Origin: Escherichia coli O127:H6 str. E2348/69 | GTDB lineage: Bacteria; Pseudomonadota; Gammaproteobacteria; Enterobacterales; Enterobacteriaceae | NCBI RefSeq assembly: GCF_000026545.1 | Contig: NC_011601.1 | Direction: 5' to 3' (one strand) | DNA: 64,000 bases | Shown here: piece by piece, positions 36,632 to 49,420 of the stretch | Numbering within the stretch: the first letter of the stretch is position 1 | Layout: each line of letters begins with the position of its first letter | Made by a program: the position numbers and the translations under genes | The notes under the pieces: generated by a model | Told to the model about the DNA's origin: nothing | Databases searched by the model: none | The model's input: only the letters and a program-made list of their open reading frames with translations

Positions 36632-37510
36632 TTATTCATCCAGCTTCGGCTGGGGTGAGTCATCCGGGATTTTGACATGAACCTGAATAATACGCCGACT
36701 GTCGGCCATCGCCACTTTGAACTGGTAACCGTCGATGTCGATGGTTTCGCCACGCGCCGGAAGATGCCCAAATGCCTGCATCACCAGACCACCGATAGTG
36801 TCAACCTCTTCATCGCTAAAGTGGGTGCCGAACGCTTCGTTGAAGTCTTCAATAGAAGCCAGTGCGCGCACGGTCCAGGTATGACGACTCAGCTGACGGA
36901 AGTCGATATCATCTTCTTCGTCATACTCGTCTTCAATCTCACCAACAATCAGTTCCAGGATGTCTTCAATGGTCACCAGACCGGAAACCCCGCCGAATTC
37001 GTCAATGACGATCGCCATGTGGTAACGCTGAGAGCGAAACTCTTTCAGCATCCGGTCTACGCGCTTACTTTCAGGAACGACAACCGCCTGACGTAACACT
37101 TTGTCCATGCTGAAGGCTTCAGCATCGCTGCGCATAAACGGCAGCAAGTCTTTCGCCATCAGAATCCCTTCAATGTGATCTTTGTCTTCGCTAATCACCG
37201 GGAAACGTGAGTGGGCGGACTCGATGATGACATCAAGGCATTCGTCCAGCGTCTGGTTGCGTTTCAGGGTAATCATCTGGGAGCGGGGGATCATGATGTC
37301 GCGAACGCGTTGGTCTGCGATGTCCATCACCCCTTCGAGCATATCGCGCGTATCTTCGTCGATAAGGTCGTTCTGCCCGGAATCACGGATCAGCGCCAGC
37401 AGTTCGTCACGGTTTTTCGGTTCACCGTGGAAAAGTTGGCTGAGTAACAGGGAGAAAAATCCCTTCTTGTTGCTTATCGTGTCACTACTGTGTGAATTGT
37501 CGTCGCTCAT
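36632..37510 (-). CDS. corC: Mg/Co efflux-associated protein CorC (CBS pair plus CorC_HlyC domain)
   Basis: 292-aa ORF. Confidence 0.9.
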   Translation of the reverse strand: MSDDNSHSSDTISNKKGFFSLLLSQLFHGEPKNRDELLALIRDSGQNDLIDEDTRDMLEGVMDIADQRVRDIMIPRSQMITLKRNQTLDECLDVIIESAHSRFPVISEDKDHIEGILMAKDLLPFMRSDAEAFSMDKVLRQAVVVPESKRVDRMLKEFRSQRYHMAIVIDEFGGVSGLVTIEDILELIVGEIEDEYDEEDDIDFRQLSRHTWTVRALASIEDFNEAFGTHFSDEEVDTIGGLVMQAFGHLPARGETIDIDGYQFKVAMADSRRIIQVHVKIPDDSPQPKLDE

Positions 37511-37599
37511 GGCGTCGTATGGGTTCTCATGTTAGTTAATCAAAACGCCGTCGTTAATCACCAACGGCGGGGACGTCTGCCAGTCAAATGCCTGGCAAA

Positions 37600-38067
37600 T
37601 TATTCTTTCTCGGCAATGTACGGATCCTCATAGCCCAGAGCAAGCATAATCTCTGTTTCGATGGCTTCCATTTCTTCTGCTTCGTCATCTTCGATGTGAT
37701 CGTAACCTAACAAATGCAGACTGCCGTGCACCACCATATGCGCCCAGTGCGCCTCCAGTGGTTTGCCTTGCTCCTGAGCTTCCTTCTCAACCACCTGACG
37801 GCAGATAACCAGATCGCCCAGTAGCGACATTTCCATGCCAGGCGGCACTTCAAACGGGAAGGAGAGCACGTTGGTCGGCTTATCCTTACCGCGATAGGTC
37901 AGATTCAGACTGTGGCTTTCGGCGGTATCGACCACGCGAATAGTCACTTCCGATTCTTCCTGAAACTGCGGGATCACCGCATTCAGCCATGTTTGAAACT
38001 GGCTCTCTTCCGGTAACCCGGAATTATCTTCACATGCCAGTTGTAAATCGAGGATCACCTGACTCAT
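37600..38067 (-). CDS. ybeY: rRNA maturation endoribonuclease YbeY
   Basis: 155-aa ORF with HxxxHxxGYDH zinc motif. Confidence 0.9.
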   Translation of the reverse strand: MSQVILDLQLACEDNSGLPEESQFQTWLNAVIPQFQEESEVTIRVVDTAESHSLNLTYRGKDKPTNVLSFPFEVPPGMEMSLLGDLVICRQVVEKEAQEQGKPLEAHWAHMVVHGSLHLLGYDHIEDDEAEEMEAIETEIMLALGYEDPYIAEKE

Positions 38068-39143
38068 TTTTGTTCCTGTTCTTCGCGCTTGCGTTCTGCT
38101 GCCAGCGCCGCTTTACGTTTTTGTTCGGCTTCTTCCCAGGCTTCATAGGCGTTAACGATACGCGCCACCACCGGGTGACGAACCACGTCTTCGCTGTGGA
38201 AGAAGTTAAAGCTGATCTCTTCGACATCAGCCAGCACTTCGATGGCATGACGCAAACCAGACTTGGTATTACGCGGCAGGTCGATCTGTGTGACGTCGCC
38301 GGTGATAACCGCTTTTGAGTTAAAACCGATACGGGTCAGGAACATCTTCATCTGTTCGATGGTAGTGTTCTGGCTCTCATCAAGAATGATAAACGCGTCG
38401 TTCAGCGTACGACCACGCATATAGGCCAGCGGTGCGACTTCAATAACGTTGCGCTCAATCAGTTTCTCGACTTTCTCAAAGCCCAGCATTTCAAACAGCG
38501 CGTCGTACAGCGGGCGCAGATACGGGTCTACTTTCTGGCTTAAATCGCCAGGCAGGAAGCCCAGTTTCTCACCGGCTTCGACCGCCGGACGAGTCAGCAG
38601 AATACGGCGAATTTCCTGACGCTCCAGGGCATCAACTGCCGCAGCCACTGCCAGGTAGGTTTTACCCGTACCCGCCGGGCCAACGCCGAAGGTAATGTCA
38701 TGGTCGAGAATATTGGCGATGTACTGCGCCTGGTTTGGCGTGCGCGGCTTAATTACGCCGCGTTTGGTTTTGATATTGACTGCTTTGCCGTACTCCGGCA
38801 CGCTCTCCGCGCTTTGCTCCAGTACCCGCGCTTCTTTAATCGCAAGGTGGATCTGTTCCGGTTCGATATCCTGAATCTGACCGCGCATCGGGGCAGTATC
38901 GACATACAGGCTACGCAGAATGTCTGCCGCAGCGGTGACGCAAATCGGACGGCCGGTCAGTTTAAAGTGGTTATCGCGGCGATTGATCTCGATGCCGAGA
39001 CGGCGTTCGAGTTGTTTGATGTTGTCATCAAACGGGCCGCACAGGCTCAACAGACGTGCGTTGTCTGCTGGCTCCAGAGTGATTTCGCGAGTGTCTATGT
39101 TCAAACCGTTCCTCTTATCTGTATGCCGCCGGAAGCTGAACAT
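38064..39143 (-). CDS. ybeZ: PhoH-like ATPase YbeZ
   Basis: 359-codon frame with Walker A (GPAGTGKT); 4-bp overlap with ybeY; true start may be internal. Confidence 0.8.
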   Translation of the reverse strand: MFSFRRHTDKRNGLNIDTREITLEPADNARLLSLCGPFDDNIKQLERRLGIEINRRDNHFKLTGRPICVTAAADILRSLYVDTAPMRGQIQDIEPEQIHLAIKEARVLEQSAESVPEYGKAVNIKTKRGVIKPRTPNQAQYIANILDHDITFGVGPAGTGKTYLAVAAAVDALERQEIRRILLTRPAVEAGEKLGFLPGDLSQKVDPYLRPLYDALFEMLGFEKVEKLIERNVIEVAPLAYMRGRTLNDAFIILDESQNTTIEQMKMFLTRIGFNSKAVITGDVTQIDLPRNTKSGLRHAIEVLADVEEISFNFFHSEDVVRHPVVARIVNAYEAWEEAEQKRKAALAAERKREEQEQK

Positions 39144-39256
39144 TCACCGGCCTATAAGGAAATTATTCGCGCCACAGGAAAAAGGCGCAAGCATTGCGAT
39201 AAAGATGGGGATAAAGAGAGAAAAAACAAGGCCCACCGGAACGGCGGGCCTGAGAA

Positions 39257-40681
39257 TTACGGCTGATAATAACCCACGCCAAGGTCGTTTTCTTTGCGGG
39301 TACGGGCAATCACCGATTCCGGTGTTTCTGCCACGCGCAGACCCATTTCATCTTCAGTTCGCACCACTTTACCGCGCAGAGAGTTCGGGTAGACGTCGGT
39401 AATTTCTACATCGACGAATTTACCGATCATATCCGGTGTGCCCTCGAAGTTAACCACGCGGTTATTTTCAGTGCGACCGGAAAGCTCCATGATGCTCTTA
39501 CGTGAAGTCCCTTCTACCAGAATGCGCTGGGTGGTGCCGAGCATCCGGCGGCTCCATGCCATCGCTTGCTGATTAATGCGCTCTTGCAGAATATACAGAC
39601 GCTGCTTCTTCTCTTCTTCCGGAACATCATCAACCATATCGGCGGCTGGTGTACCCGGACGTGCAGAGAAGATAAAGCTGTAGCTCATGTCGAAATTGAC
39701 GTCGGCAATCAGCTTCATCGTTTTCTCGAAGTCGTCGGTGGTTTCGCCAGGGAAGCCAACGATGAAGTCAGAACTGATCTGAATATCCGGACGCGCCGCA
39801 CGCAGTTTACGGATGATCGCTTTGTACTCCAGCGCCGTGTGAGTACGGCCCATCAGGTTCAGAATGCGATCGGAACCGCTCTGTACCGGCAGGTGCAGGA
39901 AGCTCACCAGCTCCGGCGTGTCGCGATACACTTCGATGATATCGTCGGTGAATTCGATCGGATGGCTGGTGGTAAAGCGAATACGATCGATCCCGTCGAT
40001 GGCGGCAACCAGACGCAGCAGATCGGCAAACGTTCCGGTGGTGCCGTCGTAGTTCTCACCACGCCAGGCATTCACATTCTGACCGAGCAGGTTGACTTCA
40101 CGCACGCCCTGAGCCGCAAGCTGGGCGATCTCAAACAGAATATCGTCGGACGGACGGCTTACCTCTTCACCACGGGTGTAAGGCACCACGCAGTAGGTGC
40201 AATATTTATTGCAGCCTTCCATAATGGAGACAAACGCGGTCGGCCCTTCGGCGCGCGGTTCTGGCAGACGGTCAAACTTCTCGATTTCCGGGAAGCTGAT
40301 ATCTACAACCGGGCTGCGGTCGCCGCGCACGGAGTTGATCATCTCCGGCAGGCGGTGCAGCGTTTGCGGCCCAAAAATAATATCGACATAGTGGGCGCGC
40401 TGGCGAATGTGCTCGCCTTCTTGCGATGCCACGCAGCCGCCGACGCCGATAATCAGGTCTGGATTCTTCTCTTTTAACAGTTTCCAGCGACCCAACTGAT
40501 GGAAGACTTTTTCCTGAGCCTTCTCGCGGATTGAGCAGGTGTTCAGCAGCAGCACATCCGCTTCTTCCGCCACGTCGGTCAGTTGATAGCCGTGGGTGGC
40601 ATCCAGCAGATCGGCCATCTTCGATGAATCGTACTCGTTCATCTGACAGCCCCAGGTTTTAATATGGAGTTTTTTGGTCAT
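39257..40681 (-). CDS. miaB: tRNA-i6A37 methylthiotransferase (radical SAM)
   Basis: 474-aa ORF with two cysteine clusters and TRAM domain. Confidence 0.9.
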   Translation of the reverse strand: MTKKLHIKTWGCQMNEYDSSKMADLLDATHGYQLTDVAEEADVLLLNTCSIREKAQEKVFHQLGRWKLLKEKNPDLIIGVGGCVASQEGEHIRQRAHYVDIIFGPQTLHRLPEMINSVRGDRSPVVDISFPEIEKFDRLPEPRAEGPTAFVSIMEGCNKYCTYCVVPYTRGEEVSRPSDDILFEIAQLAAQGVREVNLLGQNVNAWRGENYDGTTGTFADLLRLVAAIDGIDRIRFTTSHPIEFTDDIIEVYRDTPELVSFLHLPVQSGSDRILNLMGRTHTALEYKAIIRKLRAARPDIQISSDFIVGFPGETTDDFEKTMKLIADVNFDMSYSFIFSARPGTPAADMVDDVPEEEKKQRLYILQERINQQAMAWSRRMLGTTQRILVEGTSRKSIMELSGRTENNRVVNFEGTPDMIGKFVDVEITDVYPNSLRGKVVRTEDEMGLRVAETPESVIARTRKENDLGVGYYQP

Positions 40682-40826
40682 CGACTTGCTCTTGCGAAAT
40701 AGTAGCCAGGAATGCAGGGCGCATAGTGTAATGCTTTGCTGCCGTTGTGACCAGTATGAGCGTTATCAGCCCTTGGGGGTAAAAATCCTGTAAACTTAAA
40801 GCATATTGCTAACAGGATGATTGACC

Positions 40827-42002
40827 ATGACAAATCAACCAACGGAAATTGCCATTGTCGGCGGAGGAATGGTCGGCGGCGCACTGGCGCTGGGACTGGC
40901 ACAGCACGGGTTTACGGTAACGGTTATTGAACATGCCCAGCCTGCGCCGTTTGTTGCGGACAGCCAGCCGGACGTGCGGATCTCGGCGATCAGCGCGGCT
41001 TCGGTATCATTGCTTAAAGGGGTAGGGGTCTGGGATGCAGTACAGGCTATGCGTTGCCATCCTTACCGCAGACTGGAAACGTGGGAGTGGGAAACGGCGC
41101 ATGTCGTGTTTGACGCCGCTGAACTTAAGCTACCGTTGCTTGGCTACATGGTGGAAAACACTGTCCTGCAACAGGCGTTGTGGCAGGCGCTGGAAGCGCA
41201 TCCGAAAGTAACGTTACGTGTGCCAGGCTCGCTGATTGCACAGCATCGCCATAATGATCTTCAGGAGCTGGAACTGAAGGGCGGTGAAACGATCCTCGCG
41301 AAGCTGGTGATTGGTGCCGACGGCGCAAATTCGCAGGTGCGACAGATGGCGGGAATTGGCGTTCATGCCTGGCAGTATGCGCAGTCGTGTATGTTGATTA
41401 GCGTACAGTGTGAGAACGATCCCGGCGACAGCACCTGGCAGCAATTTACCCCGGACGGACCGCGTGCGTTTCTGCCGTTGTTTGATAACTGGGCATCGCT
41501 GGTGTGGTATGACTCTCCGGCGCGCATTCGCCAGTTGCAGAATATGAATATGGCGCAGCTACAGGCGGAAATCGCGAAGCATTTCCCGTCGCGTCTGGGT
41601 TACGTGACACCGCTTGCCGCTGGTGCGTTTCCGCTGATACGTCGCCATGCGTTGCAGTATGTGCAACCAGGGCTTGCTCTGGTGGGCGATGCCGCGCATA
41701 CCATCCATCCGCTGGCGGGACAGGGAGTGAATCTTGGTTATCGTGATGTCGATGCCCTGATTGACGTTCTGGTGAACGCCCGCAGCTACGGCGAAGCGTG
41801 GGCCAGTTATCCTGTGCTCAAGCGTTACCAGATGCGGCGTATGGCGGATAACTTCATGATGCAAAGTGGTATGGATCTGTTTTATGCCGGATTCAGCAAT
41901 AATCTGCCACCGCTGCGTTTTGTGCGTAATCTTGGTTTGATGGCGGCGGAGCGTGCTGGCGTGTTGAAACGTAAGGCGCTGAAATATGCGTTAGGGTTGT
42001 AG
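40827..42002 (+). CDS. ubiF: FAD-dependent ubiquinone biosynthesis hydroxylase
   Basis: ORF-track frame starts at TTG 40821; ATG at 40827 (MTNQPTEIAIVGGGMVG...) gives 391 aa. Confidence 0.85.
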   Translation: MTNQPTEIAIVGGGMVGGALALGLAQHGFTVTVIEHAQPAPFVADSQPDVRISAISAASVSLLKGVGVWDAVQAMRCHPYRRLETWEWETAHVVFDAAELKLPLLGYMVENTVLQQALWQALEAHPKVTLRVPGSLIAQHRHNDLQELELKGGETILAKLVIGADGANSQVRQMAGIGVHAWQYAQSCMLISVQCENDPGDSTWQQFTPDGPRAFLPLFDNWASLVWYDSPARIRQLQNMNMAQLQAEIAKHFPSRLGYVTPLAAGAFPLIRRHALQYVQPGLALVGDAAHTIHPLAGQGVNLGYRDVDALIDVLVNARSYGEAWASYPVLKRYQMRRMADNFMMQSGMDLFYAGFSNNLPPLRFVRNLGLMAAERAGVLKRKALKYALGL

Positions 42003-42029
42003 CCTCACAACATTGCTGGATGCATGCCA

Positions 42030-42070
42030 ACCGTAGGTCGGATAAGACGCGGCAGCGTCGCATCCGACTT
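42030..42070. repeat. REP-type extragenic palindrome
   Basis: ccgtaggtcggataagacgcggcagcgtcgcatccgac; core shared with copy at 51378..51406. Confidence 0.6.
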
Positions 42071-42128
42071 TGAAGGATAAGACGAGTCAACATCGCATTC
42101 GGCATTGAATATACGCAGAAAAGCAAAA

Positions 42129-42151
42129 AGCTCGCCGAAGCGAGCTTTTTT
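42129..42151. terminator. bidirectional terminator (ubiF on +, tRNA operon on -)
   Basis: hairpin agctcgccgaagcgagct with T-runs on both strands. Confidence 0.65.
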
Positions 42152-42155
42152 AATG

Positions 42156-42230
42156 TGGCTGGGGTACGAGGATTCGAACCTCGGAATGCCGGAATCAGAA
42201 TCCGGTGCCTTACCGCTTGGCGATACCCCA
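42156..42230 (-). tRNA. glnV: tRNA-Gln (anticodon CUG)
   Basis: 75-nt reverse complement tggggtatcgccaagcggtaaggcaccggattctgattccgg...cca; symbol assigned by position. Confidence 0.9.
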
Positions 42231-42278
42231 ACAAATTGGTTTTTGAATTTGCCGAACATATTCGACACATTCAGAATT

Positions 42279-42355
42279 TGGTGGCTACGACGGGATTCGA
42301 ACCTGTGACCCCATCATTATGAGTGATGTGCTCTAACCAACTGAGCTACGTAGCC
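42279..42355 (-). tRNA. metU: tRNA-Met (elongator, anticodon CAU)
   Basis: 77-nt reverse complement ggctacgtagctcagttggttagagcacatcactcataatgatgg...acca. Confidence 0.9.
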
Positions 42356-42370
42356 AGATTGTTTCTTCGA

Positions 42371-42445
42371 TGGCTGGGGTACCTGGATTCGAACCAGGGA
42401 ATGCCGGTATCAAAAACCGGTGCCTTACCGCTTGGCGATACCCCA
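42371..42445 (-). tRNA. glnW: tRNA-Gln (anticodon UUG)
   Basis: 75-nt tRNA, anticodon loop ccggtttttgataccgg on - strand. Confidence 0.9.
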
Positions 42446-42479
42446 ATAACCGGGCGCTGAACCGCTTATTCGAAGAATA

Positions 42480-42554
42480 TGGCTGGGGTACCTGGATTCG
42501 AACCAGGGAATGCCGGTATCAAAAACCGGTGCCTTACCGCTTGGCGATACCCCA
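42480..42554 (-). tRNA. glnU: tRNA-Gln (anticodon UUG)
   Basis: identical 75-nt copy of the preceding tRNA-Gln(UUG). Confidence 0.9.
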
Positions 42555-42577
42555 TCCGTACAACGCTTTCTGGTGAA

Positions 42578-42662
42578 TGGTGCGGGAGGCGAGACTTGAA
42601 CTCGCACACCTTGCGGCGCCAGAACCTAAATCTGGTGCGTCTACCAATTTCGCCACTCCCGC
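42578..42662 (-). tRNA. leuW: tRNA-Leu (anticodon UAG)
   Basis: 85-nt class II tRNA gcgggagtggcgaaattggtagacgcaccagatttaggttctgg...cacca. Confidence 0.9.
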
Positions 42663-42672
42663 AAAAAAAAGA

Positions 42673-42749
42673 TGGTGGCTACGACGGGATTCGAACCTGT
42701 GACCCCATCATTATGAGTGATGTGCTCTAACCAACTGAGCTACGTAGCC
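42673..42749 (-). tRNA. metT: tRNA-Met (elongator, anticodon CAU)
   Basis: 77-nt copy identical to 42279..42355; first gene of the operon. Confidence 0.9.
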
Positions 42750-43129
42750 ATCTTTTTTTTCGCGATACCTTATCGGCGTTGCGGGGCGCATTATGCGTAT
42801 AGAGCCTTGCAGCGTCAACCTCTTTTTCAAGGAAAATTGCTCGAAAGTGACTGTTTGGTTAGGTTGCGAACAGCATGGCGCTATATTCGTCAATTATTGT
42901 TTACTTTGTGTTTTTTCCCCACCCTACAGCCATTCTTTTGTCATACAGGATGAAATTCGGAATTCAACAATAGTGGTGGGAAATTAATCTATGAAATACT
43001 GGCCTACAGTAATGAGTTGTCAAACAGCGATGTGGCAAACCCGGAACATTTCCTTACTGCATATCAGAATCAACAAGCGCCCCAGTAACTGAAATTGCCC
43101 CGGATTTCTCCGGGGCAATATTACACGTC

Positions 43130-44794
43130 TTATTTATATGCCGACTGGTGAACGCCAACCGCGCGACCAGACGGATCGTCCATTTTCTTGAACGCTTCAT
43201 CCCACTCAATCGCTTTAGCGGAAGAACAAGCGACGGAAGGACCGCCCGGCACGCACTCAGCGGCGCTCGGAAGCGGGAACAATTCTTCAAAGATCTCCCG
43301 GTACAGATACGCTTCTTTTGAGGTCGGCGTGTTGAACGGGAAGCGGAAGCGGGCAGTTTCCAGCTGTTGATCAGAAACCTGCTGCGCTGCCACTTCTTTC
43401 AGGGTGTCGATCCAACTGTAACCGACGCCATCGGAGAACTGCTCTTTTTGCCGCCAGGCCACGCTTGCAGGCAGATACGCTTCAAAACATTCACGCAGGA
43501 TGTGTTTTTCCATTTTGCCGTTACCGCACATTTTATCCTGTGGGTTAATGCGCATCGCCACATCAAGGAATTTTTTGTCGAGGAACGGAACGCGTGCTTC
43601 CACGCCCCAGGCTGACATCGCTTTGTTGGCACGCGCGCAGTCATACATATGCAGGGCCAGCAGTTTACGCACCGTCTCTTCATGCAACTCTTTAGCGTTC
43701 GGCGCTTTGTGGAAGTATAGATAACCGCCAAACACTTCGTCAGAACCTTCACCGGACAGCACCATTTTAATGCCCATCGCCTTGATCTTACGCGACATTA
43801 AATACATCGGTGTTGAAGCGCGAATAGTGGTCACATCATAAGTTTCGATGTGGTAAATCACGTCGCGGATGGCATCCAGACCTTCCTGTACAGTGAAGTG
43901 AATTTCGTGATGCACCGTGCCAAGATGGTTTGCCACTTCCTGGGCGGCTTTCAGATCCGGTGAACCCGGCAGACCTACAGCAAAAGAGTGCAACTGCGGC
44001 CACCAGGCTTCAGAGCGTTCCTGATCTTCCACGCGACGGGCGGCGTATTTCTTGGTGATAGCGGAAATAATTGAGGAATCCAGACCACCAGAAAGCAGCA
44101 CACCGTAAGGCACATCAGACATCAGATGGCTTTTAACGGAATCTTCCAGTGCCTGACGCAGCTCGTTTTTGTCGGTCACGTTATCTTTCACCGCATCGTA
44201 GTCGAACCAGTCGCGATGATAATAAGAACGGATTTCGCCGTCCTGACTCCACAAATAGCTCCCCGCCGGAAACTCTTTAATCGTGCGGCAAACTGGCACG
44301 AGGGCTTTCATTTCTGAGGCCACATACAGCTGACCGTGTTCGTCATAGCCCATATACAGTGGGATGATCCCCAGATGGTCGCGACCAATCAGATATGCAT
44401 CTTTTTCGCTGTCGTACAGGGCAAAGGCAAACATGCCCTGCAAGTCGTCGAGAAATTCCGGCCCTTTTTCCTGATACAGCGCGAGGATCACTTCACAGTC
44501 AGACCCGGTCTGGAACTGGTAACGATCGCCATATTCAGCGCGCAATGCCTGGTGGTTGTAGATTTCACCGTTTACTGCCAGCACATGAGTTTTTTGTTGG
44601 TTGTAGAGAGGTTGCGCCCCCGCGTTAACGTCAACAATTGACAGACGTTCGTGGGCGAGGATGGCGTTATCGCTGGCATAAATACCGGACCAGTCCGGGC
44701 CACGATGACGCATCAGGCGTGACAGCTCGAGTGCTTTCTTACGCAGCTCAACTGCGTCTGTTTTGATATCGAATACGCCAAAAATTGAACACAT
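43130..44794 (-). CDS. asnB: asparagine synthetase B (glutamine-hydrolysing)
   Basis: ORF-track frame 43130..44875 trimmed to ATG at 44794 (MCSIFGVFD...) giving 554 aa. Confidence 0.95.
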   Translation of the reverse strand: MCSIFGVFDIKTDAVELRKKALELSRLMRHRGPDWSGIYASDNAILAHERLSIVDVNAGAQPLYNQQKTHVLAVNGEIYNHQALRAEYGDRYQFQTGSDCEVILALYQEKGPEFLDDLQGMFAFALYDSEKDAYLIGRDHLGIIPLYMGYDEHGQLYVASEMKALVPVCRTIKEFPAGSYLWSQDGEIRSYYHRDWFDYDAVKDNVTDKNELRQALEDSVKSHLMSDVPYGVLLSGGLDSSIISAITKKYAARRVEDQERSEAWWPQLHSFAVGLPGSPDLKAAQEVANHLGTVHHEIHFTVQEGLDAIRDVIYHIETYDVTTIRASTPMYLMSRKIKAMGIKMVLSGEGSDEVFGGYLYFHKAPNAKELHEETVRKLLALHMYDCARANKAMSAWGVEARVPFLDKKFLDVAMRINPQDKMCGNGKMEKHILRECFEAYLPASVAWRQKEQFSDGVGYSWIDTLKEVAAQQVSDQQLETARFRFPFNTPTSKEAYLYREIFEELFPLPSAAECVPGGPSVACSSAKAIEWDEAFKKMDDPSGRAVGVHQSAYK

Positions 44795-45050
44795 AACCTT
44801 CTCCGTTAACCTGGTATTTGTTGCTTGTTGTGTTTGCTTGTTTAAAAAAATGCCGCAAAGCAGCACTGTGCGCAAGCGATTTGGCGGTGGAAAAATAAAA
44901 AACGTAATGGCGATTGCTGATTTGTAAAAAAGGATAGGGTATGGTGGCGTATTTATTGATGGATCGATAATTTTTGACGGGTTTTATTGAATAGGGTGAT
45001 TTTAATGATGGGTAAAAATAAGAAACCACGCCTTGAGGCGTGGTTGCTAT

Positions 45051-45803
45051 TCAGATAACGTCGATTTCAGCGACCGATGGGTAAATCCAACTTGGGCGGA
45101 ACGGCATACTGTCGATATCGTCGAGCGACGAAACACCAGAAAGCACCAGAATCGTCTCCAGACCGGCCTGGAAGCCCGCCAGAATATCGGTACGCAAGTT
45201 ATCGCCGACAATCACCGTTTCTTCCGAATGCGCCTGCATTTTGTTTAATGCCGCGCGGATGATCCACGGACTCGGCTTTCCAACATAGAACGGTTTGCGC
45301 CCGGAGATTTTCTCGATCCCTGCACACAACGCGCCACAGGCGGGATAAAAACCGCGCCCGTGGGTGTCCGGGTTGGTGGCGATAAAACGTGCACCGTTAG
45401 CGACGAAATAGGCTGCTTTATGCATCATGTCCCAGTTGTAGGAACGCGTTTCGCCAACAATCACAAAATCAGGGTTCACATCGGTAATAGTGAAACCGGC
45501 TTTGTACAGTTCATGAATCAGTGCGCCTTCGCCCACCACATACGCTTTCTTGCCTTCCTGGCGACGCAGGAAATCGGCGGTCGCCATCGCGGAGGTATAA
45601 AACACGCTATCCGGTACATCGACACCAGCAGTGGCAAAGCGGTTCGCCAGATCTTGCCCGGTCTGCGAAGGATAGTTGGTCAGCAACACCAGCGGCAGGC
45701 CTTTATCCATAATCCCGTGCAAAAATTCCGCTGCACCCGGTACGGCGACGTTATCGTGCATCAGCACGCCGTCGATATCGCAAATTACATTTTTAATGGT
45801 CAT
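45051..45803 (-). CDS. nagD: UMP phosphatase (HAD superfamily)
   Basis: 250-aa ORF with DIDGV HAD motif; last gene of nagBACD. Confidence 0.9.
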   Translation of the reverse strand: MTIKNVICDIDGVLMHDNVAVPGAAEFLHGIMDKGLPLVLLTNYPSQTGQDLANRFATAGVDVPDSVFYTSAMATADFLRRQEGKKAYVVGEGALIHELYKAGFTITDVNPDFVIVGETRSYNWDMMHKAAYFVANGARFIATNPDTHGRGFYPACGALCAGIEKISGRKPFYVGKPSPWIIRAALNKMQAHSEETVIVGDNLRTDILAGFQAGLETILVLSGVSSLDDIDSMPFRPSWIYPSVAEIDVI

Positions 45804-45850
45804 GGACTACCCAGAATATTGACAACAATAAGCGCCACTATAAAAGCACA

Positions 45851-47071
45851 TTAATTTTCCAGCAAATGCTGGAGCAAAATACCGTTGAGCATGGCGCGTT
45901 TTACCAGCGCAAAAGCGCCGATTGCCGAGCGGTGATCCAACTCAGAACGTACCACCGGTAGATTAGTACGAAACGCCTTCAGCGCCTGGGTATTAATGCA
46001 GCTTTCAATAGCAGGGAGCAGCACTTTATCGGCTTCGGTGATTTCTCCAGCAATAACAATTTTTTGCGGATTAAATAAGTTGATAGCAATGGCGATGGTT
46101 TTACCCAGATGACGACCGACATATTCAATCACTTCCGAGGCCAGGCTATCGCCTTTGTTCGCGGCTTTGCAGATAGTTTTGATGGTGCAGTCGTCCAGTG
46201 GCACACGGCTCTGGTAGCCCTGCTTTAACAGATTCAACACCCGTTGTTCAATGGCAGCATTGGCGGCGATAGTTTCCAGGCAGCCAAAGTTGCCGCAGTG
46301 GCAGCGTTCACCCAGCGGTTCGACCTGAATATGGCCAATTTCACCGACGTTGCCGTTGCGCCCGATAAAAATTCGCCCGTTAGAGATAATCCCGGCCCCG
46401 GTTCCGCGATGGACACGCACCAGAATGGAGTCTTCGCAATCCTGACTTGCACCGAAGTAGTGCTCTGCCAGCGCCAGACTGCGGATATCGTGGCCGACAA
46501 AACAGGTCACTTTAAAACGCTCTTCCAGTGCTTCAACCAGCCCCCAGTTTTCTACCTGAATATGCGGCATGTAATGAATTTTGCCGCTGTCCGGGTCTAC
46601 AAGCCCTGGCAGGATCACCGAAATCGCGATCAGCTCGCGTAGCTTGCGCTGGTAGCTATCAATAAACTGAGCAATGGCATTCAGCAGGGCATGTTCCAGC
46701 GTCTGCTGGGTACGTTCCGGCAGCGGGTAATGTTCTTCTGCCAGCACTTTGCTGCTGAGATCAAACAAGGTGATGGTGGCGTCGTGACGACCAAGCCGTA
46801 CGCCGATTGCGTGGAAATTGCGGGTTTCGGTGACGATGGAGATAGCGCGGCGGCCCCCGGTGGAGGCCTGCTGATCAACTTCTTTGATCAGCCCGCGTTC
46901 GATAAGCTGACGCGTAATTTTGGTTACGCTGGCGGGGGCAAGCTGACTTTGCTCGGCAATCTGAATCCGCGAGATTGGCCCGTACTGGTCAATCAGGCGA
47001 TAAACTGCCGCGCTGTTAAGCTGTTTTACGAGATCAACATTACCTATCTGAGCTTGTCCGCCTGGTGTCAT
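45851..47071 (-). CDS. nagC: N-acetylglucosamine repressor (ROK family)
   Basis: 406-aa ORF with N-terminal HTH and ROK zinc motif (CHCGNFGC). Confidence 0.9.
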   Translation of the reverse strand: MTPGGQAQIGNVDLVKQLNSAAVYRLIDQYGPISRIQIAEQSQLAPASVTKITRQLIERGLIKEVDQQASTGGRRAISIVTETRNFHAIGVRLGRHDATITLFDLSSKVLAEEHYPLPERTQQTLEHALLNAIAQFIDSYQRKLRELIAISVILPGLVDPDSGKIHYMPHIQVENWGLVEALEERFKVTCFVGHDIRSLALAEHYFGASQDCEDSILVRVHRGTGAGIISNGRIFIGRNGNVGEIGHIQVEPLGERCHCGNFGCLETIAANAAIEQRVLNLLKQGYQSRVPLDDCTIKTICKAANKGDSLASEVIEYVGRHLGKTIAIAINLFNPQKIVIAGEITEADKVLLPAIESCINTQALKAFRTNLPVVRSELDHRSAIGAFALVKRAMLNGILLQHLLEN

Positions 47072-47079
47072 ACTTTCTC

Positions 47080-49088
<2,009 letters not shown>

Positions 49089-49420
49089 TATTCACCTCAA
49101 TAAGTAAAATGTAAGCCGTTGGCGGATTAGGCATCTTTAAGCGTAACCTGGATTTGCGCAGACAGGCGTCAATCCGACCTGATTTTTTGAATGATAAAAT
49201 AAGTTTTCTGGTTTAGCCAGTAAAAGGGAGTGATGATAACGATATTTGGTGACAAAACTCACAAAAGACACGCGTTTAATTTGCGATACGAATTAAATTT
49301 TCACACACTCTGTAGCAGATGATCTAACAATCTGATTACAGAACATCGGCAGTACAATTTGCAGCAAAATAAAAATACGGCTTTAAACGAGCCAAATAGG
49401 GTTCTCGTAGGGGGAATAAG
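49089..49420. promoter_or_regulatory. divergent nagB / nagE promoter region
   Basis: 332-bp AT-rich spacer between divergent nagB and nagE starts; NagC/CRP control known for this locus in E. coli; individual sites not mapped here. Confidence 0.55.

Noticed and set aside
42371-42554. Two identical 75-bp direct repeats with a short spacer, superficially CRISPR-like
   Set aside because: Both units fold as tRNA-Gln(UUG) with CCA ends; no further repeat units and no cas genes in the window
43130-44875. 5'-extended ORF-track versions of asnB (581 aa), leuS (907 aa), gltI (325 aa), rihA (322 aa), citC (381 aa) and dpiB (572 aa)
   Set aside because: Longest-ORF artefacts using upstream alternative starts; trimmed to the internal start matching conserved N-termini and expected lengths
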